64,000 nucleotides of DNA from Gammaproteobacteria bacterium (GCA_965116495.1 OZ220696.1:3360001-3424000); one strand, 5' to 3'. Shown: positions 9,920 through 19,664, counted from the first letter of the stretch. A program made the numbers and translations. Notes: generated from the letters alone by a model not told the origin.

Positions 9920-10462
9920 TCAAGGTCCTGCCACACCCTCATCAGCTTGTGTGTCGGGTTCGGCAGTTTCCTGATTTTGTGCTTCTTCCTGTACTTCGGG
10001 TTCTTCGCCATCACCCGTAAACGGCAGTTTGTCGATCAGCTTGCCGAAAAAGCCCCGTCTTTTGTATTTCCTTAAGGGGACCTCGACGACCTTCGTGGGT
10101 TTGTTCGTGATCTCCTCCGGCCGCTCGAGCCCGGGAACGACATCGCCGTCAATATAGGCCAGTTTATCGTCTTCGAAATGCAGAGTGATATGACGCTGTT
10201 CCCGCTGGCGGCCGCCTTTTGAAAAGGTATAGATGTATTCCCAGCGGTTTGTATGAAAAGGGTCGATCAGCGGCGGTGTTCCCATGATGAAATGCACCTG
10301 GTTTTTATCCATGCCGGGCTTCAGTCTGGACAGCATTTCGCTGTCGATGATACTGCCCTGCTGTATGTCGATCCGGTAAACTCCAGGTAGCTTGAAGGTT
10401 CCTTCATGGCTGCACGCCACGAGTAAGAACGCGACTGATAGTAACAGAAATCTCATCGCCAT
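9920..10462 (-). CDS. bamE: outer membrane assembly lipoprotein BamE
   Basis: Lipobox LVAC; YRIDIQQG, GMDKNQV and RWEYIY motifs; divergent from fur. Confidence 0.93.
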   Translation of the reverse strand: MAMRFLLLSVAFLLVACSHEGTFKLPGVYRIDIQQGSIIDSEMLSRLKPGMDKNQVHFIMGTPPLIDPFHTNRWEYIYTFSKGGRQREQRHITLHFEDDKLAYIDGDVVPGLERPEEITNKPTKVVEVPLRKYKRRGFFGKLIDKLPFTGDGEEPEVQEEAQNQETAEPDTQADEGVAGP

Positions 10463-10521
10463 AATTTACGACATTCTCGCCGACATGAAGTATACTTTAC
10501 TCTGGGAGGGTTATCAGATTC

Positions 10522-10671
10522 AGCAAACTCTGATTAGTTCAGAGTTTGCTACGGTACATGGATGTGCCGTCACAGTCAATGACGGAAAGTCATTGACTGT
10601 GGAAGCAAAGCAGAAATCGCATTTTTGCTTTGCTTACTCTGACAAGTCCAGGACGGACTTGTTCAGAGTTT
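10522..10671 (+). mobile_element. 150-bp element of five consecutive hairpins (MITE-like or structured RNA)
   Basis: Stems at 10522-10550, 10551-10570, 10571-10601, 10603-10635 and 10636-10669; ends AAACTCTGA...TCAGAGTTT are inverted. Confidence 0.7.
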
Positions 10672-10702
10672 CGTTCACTATTTGACGGGCAGGAAATTTC
10701 TT

Positions 10703-11107
10703 ATGGACAGTAAATCTTTGAAAGAAGCAGGCTTGAAGGCGACACTGCCGCGCATCCGGATTCTGGAAATACTGGAAGCGTCTGAGCAAAAGCACGTGAG
10801 CGCAGAAGATGTCTATAAAGCCCTGCTGGATGCAGGGGAAGATGTGGGTCTGGCTACTGTCTACCGGGTGCTTACACAGTTCGAGGGGGCCGGATTGGTA
10901 ATTCGCCATCATTTCGATACGGGCCATTCCGTATTTGAACTGGACCGCGGCGGGCACCACGACCACATGGTCTGTATCAAGACCGGCAGGGTCATCGAGT
11001 TTGAGAATGCGGAAATTGAGAAGCTGCAACATCAGATAGCGGAAGAACACGGTTACGAACTGGCTGAACACAGCCTGATCCTCTACGTGAGACCCAAACA
11101 ACATTGA
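10703..11107 (+). CDS. fur: ferric uptake regulator
   Basis: AGLKATLPR, VGLATVYRVLTQFE and HHDHMVC motifs. Confidence 0.97.
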   Translation: MDSKSLKEAGLKATLPRIRILEILEASEQKHVSAEDVYKALLDAGEDVGLATVYRVLTQFEGAGLVIRHHFDTGHSVFELDRGGHHDHMVCIKTGRVIEFENAEIEKLQHQIAEEHGYELAEHSLILYVRPKQH

Positions 11108-11165
11108 GCCCGGGAGGGGAAGCCCGCTGTTCGTTGTTGGTTTCCGCCGGCTGGAAGTTATCTTC

Positions 11166-12254
11166 ATGAGTGTTACCTCGTTACAGGATGCACTGGAGGA
11201 AATCCGTCCTGCAGATGCCGCTGCTATGCGCCGCGCCCGCGCCAGGCAAAACAATCTCACCAAACCGCGGGGCAGTCTCGGCCGGCTGGAAGATGTCTCG
11301 GTGCAGTTGGCCGGAATCTTCGGCACGGACAGGCCGCAAGTGCATGGCAGGATCGTTATCATCGCAGCCGGAGACCATGGGGTTGTCGCCCAGGGCGTAA
11401 GTGGTTACCCCCAGGAAGTTACTGTACAGATGGTACACAACTTCCTGGCTGAAGGCGCTGCCATCAATGTGCTGTCCAGGCGTCTCGGCGTACGCCGGAT
11501 AATTGTTGACGCCGGTGTGGCCGGCGAACTCCCCCAATCCCCCGAGATCAGGCGCGTTTGCATAGGCAGGGGCACGGGCGATATTACCCGGGGTCCGGCC
11601 ATGACGCGGGAGCAGGCACAGCAGTGCATTGTCGCGGGTATCAACCTGGCTGAAGAGGTTGCCGGCGCAGGCGTTGACCTCATCGGTACGGGAGATATGG
11701 GAATCGGCAATACTACCCCCTCCAGCGCGATTATCGCAGCGCTTACCGGCAGGCCGCCAAAGGATACAACGGGCAGGGGTACTGGCCGTACCCGTGCAGA
11801 ACTGGCTCGTAAAGTGGCGGTAGTACAGCAGGCGCTGGAGGTTAACAGGCCTGCTCCGGAGGACCCGTTGGACGTCCTGGCGAAAGTGGGAGGTTTTGAG
11901 ATCGGCGTGCTGGCTGGTGTCGTGCTGGGCGCTGTACTGATGCGCCGTGTGGTGGTTCTGGACGGTTTCATCTCGGGAGCGGCCGCACTCATCGCCTGCG
12001 CCTTGTGTCAATACGCGCGGGACTATCTTATCGCATCTCACCGGTCCGCGGAGAAAGGGCATCGCGTCGTGCTTGCCCACCTGAAACTGCGCCCGCTGCT
12101 GGACCTGGGCCTGAGGCTGGGGGAGGGGACCGGCGCGGTGCTGGCCATGCCTGTCGTCGAAGGGGCGGCGGCCTGTCTCGCGCAGATGGCGACCTTTGCC
12201 GAGGCCGGTATTTCCGGCCGTATAGCAGGGGAAGCGCGGGGGACAGCCGGGTGA
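11166..12254 (+). CDS. cobT: nicotinate-nucleotide-dimethylbenzimidazole phosphoribosyltransferase
   Basis: LTKPRGSLGRLE, GDMGIGNTT and LRLGEGTGA motifs. Confidence 0.95.
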   Translation: MSVTSLQDALEEIRPADAAAMRRARARQNNLTKPRGSLGRLEDVSVQLAGIFGTDRPQVHGRIVIIAAGDHGVVAQGVSGYPQEVTVQMVHNFLAEGAAINVLSRRLGVRRIIVDAGVAGELPQSPEIRRVCIGRGTGDITRGPAMTREQAQQCIVAGINLAEEVAGAGVDLIGTGDMGIGNTTPSSAIIAALTGRPPKDTTGRGTGRTRAELARKVAVVQQALEVNRPAPEDPLDVLAKVGGFEIGVLAGVVLGAVLMRRVVVLDGFISGAAALIACALCQYARDYLIASHRSAEKGHRVVLAHLKLRPLLDLGLRLGEGTGAVLAMPVVEGAAACLAQMATFAEAGISGRIAGEARGTAG

Positions 12255-13063
12255 AGGGTTTCAGGGCAGCCGTTGGTTTTCTGACTATCCTGCCTGTTTC
12301 ACCCCGCGAACCGGACGGCCTGGCGTTGGCCCGCGGGTACTTTCCGCTGGTCGGGCTTTTAATGGGCGCATTGATCGCCGCTCTCGACCTGCTGCTCCTG
12401 AGACGCTTGCATTTCCTGCCGGAAGGAATGTTTATCGCTCTTCCGCCTGCGCATTTGCTGGTGGTGAGCGTGATAGTGGTGGTGGTCCTGGTGGTGATGA
12501 CCCGGGGCTTGCACCTCGACGGTTTCATGGACAGTTGCGATGCCCTGTTCGGCGGCTACACGCGTGCAAGACGCCTTGAGATACTGCGCGATCCGCACGT
12601 GGGCGCCTTCGCCGTCGTCGGCGTTGTCTGCCTTTTGATTCTCAAGTGCGCGGCCATCGCCAGCCTGCCCCAACCCCTCAGGCTGCACGTGCTCATCCTG
12701 TTCCCGTGCCTGTCCCGCTGGGCTATGCTGCTGGTTATGGATTGTTACCCTTACGCACGTGAGGAGGGACTGGGCGTGGCGTTCCAGGGCGCGCGCAGCC
12801 GCCTGCAACTGTTTTTCGGTTTGTGTTGCGCATTGTTTGCAAGCCTGCTGGCAGCGGGGGTCCTGGGCCTGATCCTGTTGCTGGCGGCCAGCCTCATAGC
12901 CTGGATCATCGGTGCCTGGGCGAACAGGTTGCTGCGCGGGTTGACCGGCGATGTCTACGGCGCGGTCAACGAGACAGTAGAGACGGCAATCCTGGTTCTG
13001 GCCTGTTTCCTGCCGGCCGGGTTCTTTACTTTTGCGCAATTCTCCATTGAATTGCCCTGGTAA
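12251..13063 (+). CDS. cobS: adenosylcobinamide-GDP ribazoletransferase (cobalamin synthase)
   Basis: GLHLDGFMDSCD, LRDPHVGAF and GLTGDVYGA motifs. Confidence 0.94.
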   Translation: MKGFRAAVGFLTILPVSPREPDGLALARGYFPLVGLLMGALIAALDLLLLRRLHFLPEGMFIALPPAHLLVVSVIVVVVLVVMTRGLHLDGFMDSCDALFGGYTRARRLEILRDPHVGAFAVVGVVCLLILKCAAIASLPQPLRLHVLILFPCLSRWAMLLVMDCYPYAREEGLGVAFQGARSRLQLFFGLCCALFASLLAAGVLGLILLLAASLIAWIIGAWANRLLRGLTGDVYGAVNETVETAILVLACFLPAGFFTFAQFSIELPW

Positions 13064-13066
13064 CAG

Positions 13067-14062
13067 GTGGCAGACTGGCAACCATATCCCGCGGAGTGGT
13101 ATCTCGATGGCGCTGTGCTGCTGCTGGCGCTGGCGCTGGACAGGGTTATGGGGGAGCCGCGGCCGGTGCTCCATCCCGTGGTGTGGATGGGCAGGCTGAT
13201 TACGCTGCTGGAGCGATTCTTTCCTGCAGGCAACAGGTTTGCGTCCGTGCTGGCGGGAGGGGTCGCGGCAGTTTTCGTTACCGCCTTGTTCGGCGGCGCA
13301 GCCTGGCTGGTAGTCCTGGGATTGCGCGAGCTTGGAACCGTCGCTTACCTGCTGGGGGGAGCCCTGTTGCTCAAGACTACTTTCTCAGTAAGCGGGCTTG
13401 GCCATGCAGCACAGGTTACCCAACGCGCCCTGGAGGCCGGGAACCTGGACGCAGCGCGTGTCAGCCTCAGGAGCCTGGTAAGCCGCGACACGAAGGCGCT
13501 GAGTGGGTCGCTGATTGCAGCCGCCGCTATCGAATCGGTGGCTGAGAACACCACGGACAGCTACATCGCCCCCTGGCTGGCGTTCGCCTTGCTGGGGCTG
13601 CCCGGCGCGTTTGCCTACCGGGCGTTGAATACCCTTGACAGCATGATCGGATACCATGGCAAGTATGAATACACGGGCAAGGCAGCGGCAAGGCTGGACG
13701 ATCTCGTCAACCTGGTTCCGGCGCGCATCAGCGCGATGCTGCTGCTCGCAGCAGGATTCTGCAAGTGGAGCGATCCCGTGAACCGGGTGACAGGACACAC
13801 TGACAGGTTGTCCGTGCGGCGCGGCTGGCGAATAATGTGCCGCGACCGCGGATTGACCGAAAGCCCCAATGCCGGGTGGACGATGAGTGCACTGTCCGGA
13901 CTGATCGGTGTGGTACTGGAAAAACGCGGTCACTACGTTATCGGCAGAGACATGCGCAGACCCGATGCAGCGGACGTCGGTCTGGCGCTGCGTCTGGCAT
14001 ACCGGACTGCGGTCCTCGGAGCACTATTGGCACTCGGCCTGCTGGCCTTGCGCGGGTATTGA
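13067..14062 (+). CDS. cbiB: adenosylcobinamide-phosphate synthase
   Basis: HPVVWMG, ESVAENTTD, NTLDSMIGY and SPNAGW motifs. Confidence 0.94.
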   Translation: MADWQPYPAEWYLDGAVLLLALALDRVMGEPRPVLHPVVWMGRLITLLERFFPAGNRFASVLAGGVAAVFVTALFGGAAWLVVLGLRELGTVAYLLGGALLLKTTFSVSGLGHAAQVTQRALEAGNLDAARVSLRSLVSRDTKALSGSLIAAAAIESVAENTTDSYIAPWLAFALLGLPGAFAYRALNTLDSMIGYHGKYEYTGKAAARLDDLVNLVPARISAMLLLAAGFCKWSDPVNRVTGHTDRLSVRRGWRIMCRDRGLTESPNAGWTMSALSGLIGVVLEKRGHYVIGRDMRRPDAADVGLALRLAYRTAVLGALLALGLLALRGY

Positions 14063-14063
14063 C

Positions 14064-15140
14064 ATGACCCGGCCGGTACATGGCGGTTTGAATTATGCAG
14101 AACTGATGTCCCTGGGGCTTGTTCCGGGAGATGTCCTGGATTTCAGCGCCAACATCAACCCCCTGGGAACGGCCCCGGGCGTGCAGCAGGCAATTCGGTC
14201 GGTTGACCCGGCCGCCTATCCTGACCCGGGTTGCCTGGAACTGCGGGAGGCATTGGGTGTGCGCCTGGATACGGCGCCGGACAAAATTCTGGTCGGCAAC
14301 GGCTCCACGGAACTGATTCACCTGTTGGCCCGCGCCTGCCTGACACCCGGCACCGGGGCAGCCGTCTTCACGCCGGGATTTGGCGAATACGAGACTGCCT
14401 GCCGGGGGCAAGGCGTCGAAGTAACGTATATCCGGGCAAACCCCGCTCAGGGATTCCATTGGGACTTGCCCGGTGCGCTTGACTGCCTGGCTGCAGGACA
14501 GCAGTCCCTGGTTTTTCTCGGTAATCCCAACAATCCGACCGGTTATTACCTGGGAGCAGATGCCGTAGGGCAACTTGCGGGTGTAATAGGCGATGCCGGG
14601 GTGCTGGTGCTGGACGAAGCGTATCTGTCCTTCGTCGAACAGTGTTGGGATTCCAGGTCCTTGCTGGACCGGGAAAACGTCGTGTTGCTGCGTTCCATGA
14701 CCAAGGACCACGCCCTGGCCGGATTACGTCTGGGCTATCTGCTTGCCGCGCCGGAGACACTGGAACGTATCGCCGGATTCCAATATAGTTGGAGCGTGAA
14801 CGCCCTGGCGCAGGCTGCGGGGGTTGCGGCGCTGGAACATTACCACCATGTCGCTGCAGGTCGGGAAGTCGTACGGTCGGGCAAGGAATTACTGCAGGAA
14901 GAGTTGCGCAGTCTTGGCCTGGAGTGTACCCCTTCTGCGGCAAACTTCCTGCTGATAAAGGTAGGCAATGCGGCCGGCCTGCGTAACGATTTGCTGACAA
15001 GTTACGGCATCTGTGTGCGTGATTGCACGTCTTTCGGACTGCCGGAATATATCAGGGTCGGCGTGCGAGGACCTGAAGACAATCGGCGTTTGATCAGTGC
15101 CCTGGCAAAGGTTTTTGAGCGCCGGGCCGGTTCCTGCTGA
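14064..15140 (+). CDS. cobD: L-threonine-O-3-phosphate decarboxylase (PLP fold I)
   Basis: HGG..DFSANINPLG, NPNNPTG, LDEAY and RSMTK..LAGLRLGY motifs; cob context. Confidence 0.88.
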   Translation: MTRPVHGGLNYAELMSLGLVPGDVLDFSANINPLGTAPGVQQAIRSVDPAAYPDPGCLELREALGVRLDTAPDKILVGNGSTELIHLLARACLTPGTGAAVFTPGFGEYETACRGQGVEVTYIRANPAQGFHWDLPGALDCLAAGQQSLVFLGNPNNPTGYYLGADAVGQLAGVIGDAGVLVLDEAYLSFVEQCWDSRSLLDRENVVLLRSMTKDHALAGLRLGYLLAAPETLERIAGFQYSWSVNALAQAAGVAALEHYHHVAAGREVVRSGKELLQEELRSLGLECTPSAANFLLIKVGNAAGLRNDLLTSYGICVRDCTSFGLPEYIRVGVRGPEDNRRLISALAKVFERRAGSC

Positions 15141-15161
15141 GGGCAAACAAGTGAATAAGAT

Positions 15162-15785
15162 ATGCGGGTCAAGTGGCACCTGGTAAGGCACGGCGAGACT
15201 GACTGGAACGTCAATAAGCGCGCCCAAGGCAGCACCGATACGTTGTTGAACGACAAGGGGCGCGCCCAGGCTGAATTCCTGCGTAATCGCCTGGCGACGA
15301 CACTTTTCACAGCCGCCTATGGCAGCGACCTGAGTCGCGCCGTTGCTACGGGGGTTGCGATCCTGCGGGGCCGCAACGTCACCTTGCAACAATTGCCGGC
15401 ATTACGGGAAAAGTCCTACGGAGAGTGGGAGGGTATAAGCAACGAGGATGTCCGGGAACGCTATCCTGATATGTATAAACAGTTCCTCCAGGACAGTATG
15501 GGCTTTGCGCCGCCCGGTGGTGAAAATGACTTTGACGTGTTCACGCGGGTTGAGGCTGCCACCCGGCAGATCCGGGAAACGCTGCCCGACCCGGCCGGGA
15601 ACATCCTGGTGGTGGGACACAGCAACGCATTGCGCGCCATGCTGGTATCCCTGTTGCAGATGCCTGTCGATTATATATGGCGCTTCAGCCTGGCTAATGG
15701 CGGCATCTCCGTGGTCAGCGATTTTCACACGGGCTTTGCAACCCTGGATTTACTGAATGATACCAGCCACCTGGAAGATGATTGA
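15162..15785 (+). CDS. cobC: histidine phosphatase, probable alpha-ribazole-phosphate phosphatase
   Basis: RHGETDWN motif; located in the cob operon. Confidence 0.8.
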   Translation: MRVKWHLVRHGETDWNVNKRAQGSTDTLLNDKGRAQAEFLRNRLATTLFTAAYGSDLSRAVATGVAILRGRNVTLQQLPALREKSYGEWEGISNEDVRERYPDMYKQFLQDSMGFAPPGGENDFDVFTRVEAATRQIRETLPDPAGNILVVGHSNALRAMLVSLLQMPVDYIWRFSLANGGISVVSDFHTGFATLDLLNDTSHLEDD

Positions 15786-15799
15786 GGTCGCGAGCTAAC

Positions 15800-16348
15800 G
15801 TGGAAAAGCAGCTTATCCTGATACTGGGTGGCGCGCGTTCCGGCAAGAGCGCCTGTGCGGAGAGCCTTGCCCGGCAGGGTGACCGCACGCTTTTCGTCGC
15901 TACCGCCGAGGCACTGGATGACGACATGAGGCGCCGCATATTGATACACCGCGAGCGCCGTCCCGCTACCTGGGATACCCTGGAGGAACCCCTTGATCCC
16001 GTTGCGGCGATCCCTGCCGCGTTGTCCGGCCATGATATGTTACTGCTGGATTGCCTCACCGTCTGGGTCAGCAACCTGTACCTGGAACTGGAGGATAATG
16101 CCCATGCGGAGAACGAAATCCTTGCCCGGACCGATGCGCTACTGGACCTTTACGAGCGAGCGGAAGCAAGCTGGGTCCTGGTGAGCAATGAGGTTGGGCT
16201 GGGCGTGGTACCGGCATCGGCACTTGGACGGGGTTACCGCGACGTGCTGGGACGGGTAAATCAACTGGTCGCATCCCGTGCCGACAAAGTGTATCTTATG
16301 GTCGCAGGACTGGCGCTGGAATTGAAGTCATCAGGCGCGCGGCCGTGA
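15800..16348 (+). CDS. cobU: adenosylcobinamide kinase/guanylyltransferase
   Basis: GGARSGKS, LDCLTVWVSN and SNEVGLGVVP motifs. Confidence 0.95.
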   Translation: MEKQLILILGGARSGKSACAESLARQGDRTLFVATAEALDDDMRRRILIHRERRPATWDTLEEPLDPVAAIPAALSGHDMLLLDCLTVWVSNLYLELEDNAHAENEILARTDALLDLYERAEASWVLVSNEVGLGVVPASALGRGYRDVLGRVNQLVASRADKVYLMVAGLALELKSSGARP

Positions 16349-16354
16349 TGAGGC

Positions 16355-17239
16355 ATGCGGGTTAGAGCTCCCGGTGCCTGCGGCGAGTTGGCGCAGGGTA
16401 TGGAAGATGGCAGGCACTTCCTCATTACCTGCCCAATAGATATGTATTCCAGCGCGCAGGTCGAGCTTACAGCGGGCGCGGGCAGCGTAACCGGTCCCGC
16501 GGATTCGCCGAAGGCGCGCCGGGCTGTTGAGTTGACGCTGGCACACTTCCGAGAGTTCAACGTTGATGCCGACCTGCGCCTGTCCAGTATGTTACCGCGG
16601 GGTAAAGGCATGGCCAGCAGCACTGCCGACATCTCCGCCGCCATCGTCGCCACAGCTACGGCCCTGGGCCGCGACATCACGCCGCGGGAAACGGCACAGG
16701 TGGCGCTTTGCGTGGAACCTAGTGACGGTATTATGTTGCCCCAGCTTGCCATGTTCGACCACCGCAACGGCGGGTTGGCGCAAGTGCTGGGCGAGCCGCC
16801 ACCCATGCGGATCCTGGTGCTCGACTTCGGTGGACGGGTGGATACCATCGCATTCAACGGTGTGGACAGGGACGATCTGTTGATGCGCCTGGAGGAGCGC
16901 GTGCATGAGAGCCTGTCCTGCATCATCACGGGAATCCGGCGGGGAGATCCTGAGGACATCGGTCGCGGTGCAACGATCAGTTCACTGGCTAACCAGGAAA
17001 TCCTCTATAAACCACAGTTACCGGCCGTGATCAATCTGGCATCGGCCACCGGCGCGGCAGGGGTCAACGTGGCACACAGCGGTACGGTAATCGGGATGTT
17101 GTTCCCGGGGGCGGATGGGGTGCCGGAAAAGGCCGTTGCCCTGGTCCGTGAAAAGCTGCCCGGACTCAAGCGGTTGTTCCAGCGCCGCCTGGTGAGCGGC
17201 GGTGTTGTCCTCCAGCCGACCATACCTGAGTCATTGTAA
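16355..17239 (+). CDS. pduX: L-threonine kinase, GHMP family
   Basis: PGACGELAQG, PRGKGMASSTAD, EPSDG and NVAHSGTV motifs. Confidence 0.9.
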   Translation: MRVRAPGACGELAQGMEDGRHFLITCPIDMYSSAQVELTAGAGSVTGPADSPKARRAVELTLAHFREFNVDADLRLSSMLPRGKGMASSTADISAAIVATATALGRDITPRETAQVALCVEPSDGIMLPQLAMFDHRNGGLAQVLGEPPPMRILVLDFGGRVDTIAFNGVDRDDLLMRLEERVHESLSCIITGIRRGDPEDIGRGATISSLANQEILYKPQLPAVINLASATGAAGVNVAHSGTVIGMLFPGADGVPEKAVALVREKLPGLKRLFQRRLVSGGVVLQPTIPESL

Positions 17240-18147
17240 AGAGCCGTCCCCCCGGCCCGGCTGATATTCTTTCTCGCCTGTTCCAGGAGTTCACAGAGTT
17301 GCCTGGTTCCCAGTAATATCCGGGTAGTATGGCGCTGAATGATGTCCGGGTCGATGAAGAACAGGTTATCGTACCTCGTGGCCTTGAGAAATGACCATTG
17401 TTTCCATTCATCCAGCCAGTCCGGCCTTGCTTCATTCATGCCGCTGGCAATGATGGTATCCGGATTTATTGTCAGCACTGCTTCCTTACCCACCTGCGGC
17501 GTCGGCGACCCCAGTCCGGCGAAGATGTTACTGCCGCCGCATAGCCGGATGACGTTGCCGATGATCTGTTTGTCCGTGACGGTAATCAGCGGGTTGGGCC
17601 ACACCTGGTAAAAAACCGACACTTGCTCCAGTCCCGAGTACTTGTCCCGTAACAGGGAAAGCCCGGCCATATACTCCTGTGCGACAGCCCTGGCTTCGTC
17701 TTCCCGGCCGCCGAGGATGCCGAACCTGGTTATATCCGCAGCCACGTCTTCCAGTCGTTGCGGTTCGTTTACGAATACCGTGAGGCCCAGGTCCATCAAC
17801 CTTTCTACCTGGTGGAATTGATTCCCCTCTTTCCAGCCGATAACGAGGTCGGGTTGCATGGCCAGGATCAATTCGGAATCAAAGTTGTCATAACCGCCCA
17901 CTGACGCCAGTGCGCGAGCTTCTATGGGGTAATCACTATAGCTGACGACGCCGACAACGAATTGTCCGACACCCGCGGAAAACAGGTTCTCGGTAATGTG
18001 CGGCGCCAGGCTGACAATCCTCCTGGCCGGTTTGTCAAGCTGCACGGTCCGGCCAATGTCATCAACCGCCTCAATCGTCCCTGCATCCGTCACGAATGCA
18101 GTCAGGAAAACGACGCCGAACAGGAGATATTTGCTTATGTTTCCCAT
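17005..18147 (-). CDS. btuF: cobalamin-binding periplasmic protein with read-through C-terminal extension
   Basis: RIVSLAPHITENLFSAG and YSDYP motifs; recognisable homology ends near 17255 but the ORF runs to 17005. Confidence 0.85.
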   Translation of the reverse strand: MGNISKYLLFGVVFLTAFVTDAGTIEAVDDIGRTVQLDKPARRIVSLAPHITENLFSAGVGQFVVGVVSYSDYPIEARALASVGGYDNFDSELILAMQPDLVIGWKEGNQFHQVERLMDLGLTVFVNEPQRLEDVAADITRFGILGGREDEARAVAQEYMAGLSLLRDKYSGLEQVSVFYQVWPNPLITVTDKQIIGNVIRLCGGSNIFAGLGSPTPQVGKEAVLTINPDTIIASGMNEARPDWLDEWKQWSFLKATRYDNLFFIDPDIIQRHTTRILLGTRQLCELLEQARKNISRAGGTALYNDSGMVGWRTTPPLTRRRWNNRLSPGSFSRTRATAFSGTPSAPGNNIPITVPLCATLTPAAPVADARLITAGNCGL

Positions 18148-18163
18148 AACGTTCCGTGACCGG

Positions 18164-19354
18164 TCAGACCTCATGATAGCCGTTCATTATCAAGGCAAGG
18201 CGTTCGCATAACTCACTATACTCTTTATGTTCGGCACTGAATTTTTTGAGTTGAGGTTTGATTTTTATAATCCCGGTTTTCACCTCGTCAATGCACTGTT
18301 TTACGTCTTTTTCACGCAAATCACAGGCGCGCAAACCGAAATCAGCCAGCGCTTCAGGAACAGGCCATTGCTTCTTTCCAGCGAGAGTCAAGGCAGGAAC
18401 GTCTTTGGGCAGGTAGACGACGGTGCTCACCAGGTCATACACAGGCGCGAGCCATTTTCTCTCCGTGTTGTCGTATAAGACGCCAAAATTTTTTAAGTGC
18501 GCATCGCCGTTTTTTAACATCATGCTTAACAATATGGACTTGAACAATGCTCGCCGTGTTTCCCCCGGGGGATAACAAGGGGTTTTTTGAATAGTTTCAG
18601 CTACAGCTTCATAGCTGCTGTCGTATTTTCCATGAGCAGACAAATGTTGCAGGACGCAGACTTCCTCGAATGCCAGTTGATGGTGGTTTTTATCAATATC
18701 AAAGCGACCAACCACCAACAATTTTCCACTATCGGCCAGGTGAAATTCAGGCGTTGTCAAGCCGCAGGCTTGCGCAGCCTTAAGACAGAAATATTCGTTT
18801 ACTGCAAGTCCCGGGTACTCGCGTCCCGCTGATTTCACGATGTACCGGCCTGCCGGCAATGCTATTTTCTTACCGTAGTCATTCCATAAGACTTTTGGTT
18901 GTACCCCGGACACGCCTGAACGAACTGCCAGTTGATCCATCAGTTCTCCGAACAGTTCATCAGTTCCCGGGTATGTCAGTAATTCAATCAGTGAATAGTG
19001 GGATTGTGCGCCCGTTTCCAATGGCGCTCCCGCCTCGGTGAAGCGTACCCGGCCGATGGTATGATTGCCTATCAGCTTGAGCAGCAGAATATCATTGCTG
19101 ATATTCATCACTTTGGCAAAACGCATACGCAGGTGTTCCAGCAAAGTGCCTTCCGGCAAAACCATCTGGAAGGGAGGCATTAAAACCTGTGTTTCATACT
19201 GTCTCGCCCGCACGGGCATGGTGAGGGAAACCAGGTCCTTTTGCGGGTTCAATGAGGCAATATTCCGGTACTGAAAAATGTATGTATGGTCCTCCTGAAG
19301 CAACTGTCCGACTCGTTTATTGCCCACCCATACATCCAGGCTCTCGGCGCTCAT
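18164..19354 (-). CDS. hipA: HipA-family kinase toxin
   Basis: SGVQPK, NGDAHLKNFG and LAPVYDLV motifs; N-terminal HipA-coupled region. Confidence 0.92.
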   Translation of the reverse strand: MSAESLDVWVGNKRVGQLLQEDHTYIFQYRNIASLNPQKDLVSLTMPVRARQYETQVLMPPFQMVLPEGTLLEHLRMRFAKVMNISNDILLLKLIGNHTIGRVRFTEAGAPLETGAQSHYSLIELLTYPGTDELFGELMDQLAVRSGVSGVQPKVLWNDYGKKIALPAGRYIVKSAGREYPGLAVNEYFCLKAAQACGLTTPEFHLADSGKLLVVGRFDIDKNHHQLAFEEVCVLQHLSAHGKYDSSYEAVAETIQKTPCYPPGETRRALFKSILLSMMLKNGDAHLKNFGVLYDNTERKWLAPVYDLVSTVVYLPKDVPALTLAGKKQWPVPEALADFGLRACDLREKDVKQCIDEVKTGIIKIKPQLKKFSAEHKEYSELCERLALIMNGYHEV

Positions 19355-19602
19355 TTCATCTTGTCCCCTAATACGCCAATACCGCTCACCGGAATGTCGG
19401 TCACGGTAAGGGTCAGGTGTAGTTCCGACAGAATTGCAGACAGGATTTTGAATTGAATATCATCGGCCTGACCATTTTCCAGTTTAATAAGGGTATAACG
19501 GCTTACGCCGGCGCGTTCTGCCAGTGTTTTTTGTGTTAAACCATGGGCTTCCCGGTTGGCGAGAATAATCTGCCCCAGCTCAGTCAGTTTCATAAGCGTC
19601 AT
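19351..19602 (-). CDS. hipB: XRE HTH antitoxin, HipB-like
   Basis: LTQKTLAERAGVSRYTLIKLENG helix-turn-helix; overlaps the hipA start. Confidence 0.85.
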   Translation of the reverse strand: MTLMKLTELGQIILANREAHGLTQKTLAERAGVSRYTLIKLENGQADDIQFKILSAILSELHLTLTVTDIPVSGIGVLGDKMK

Positions 19603-19607
19603 AAAAA

Positions 19608-19664
19608 GTCAATATATGTTGACATTTTATGATTTATTAATTCTATTGTCAATTTATATTGACA
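19608..19664 (-). promoter_or_regulatory. sigma70 promoter of hipBA with two palindromic operators
   Basis: Minus strand TTGACA-17-TAAAAT (19652-19624); palindromes GTCAATATATGTTGAC (19608-19623) and TGTCAATTTATATTGACA (19647-19664). Confidence 0.8.
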
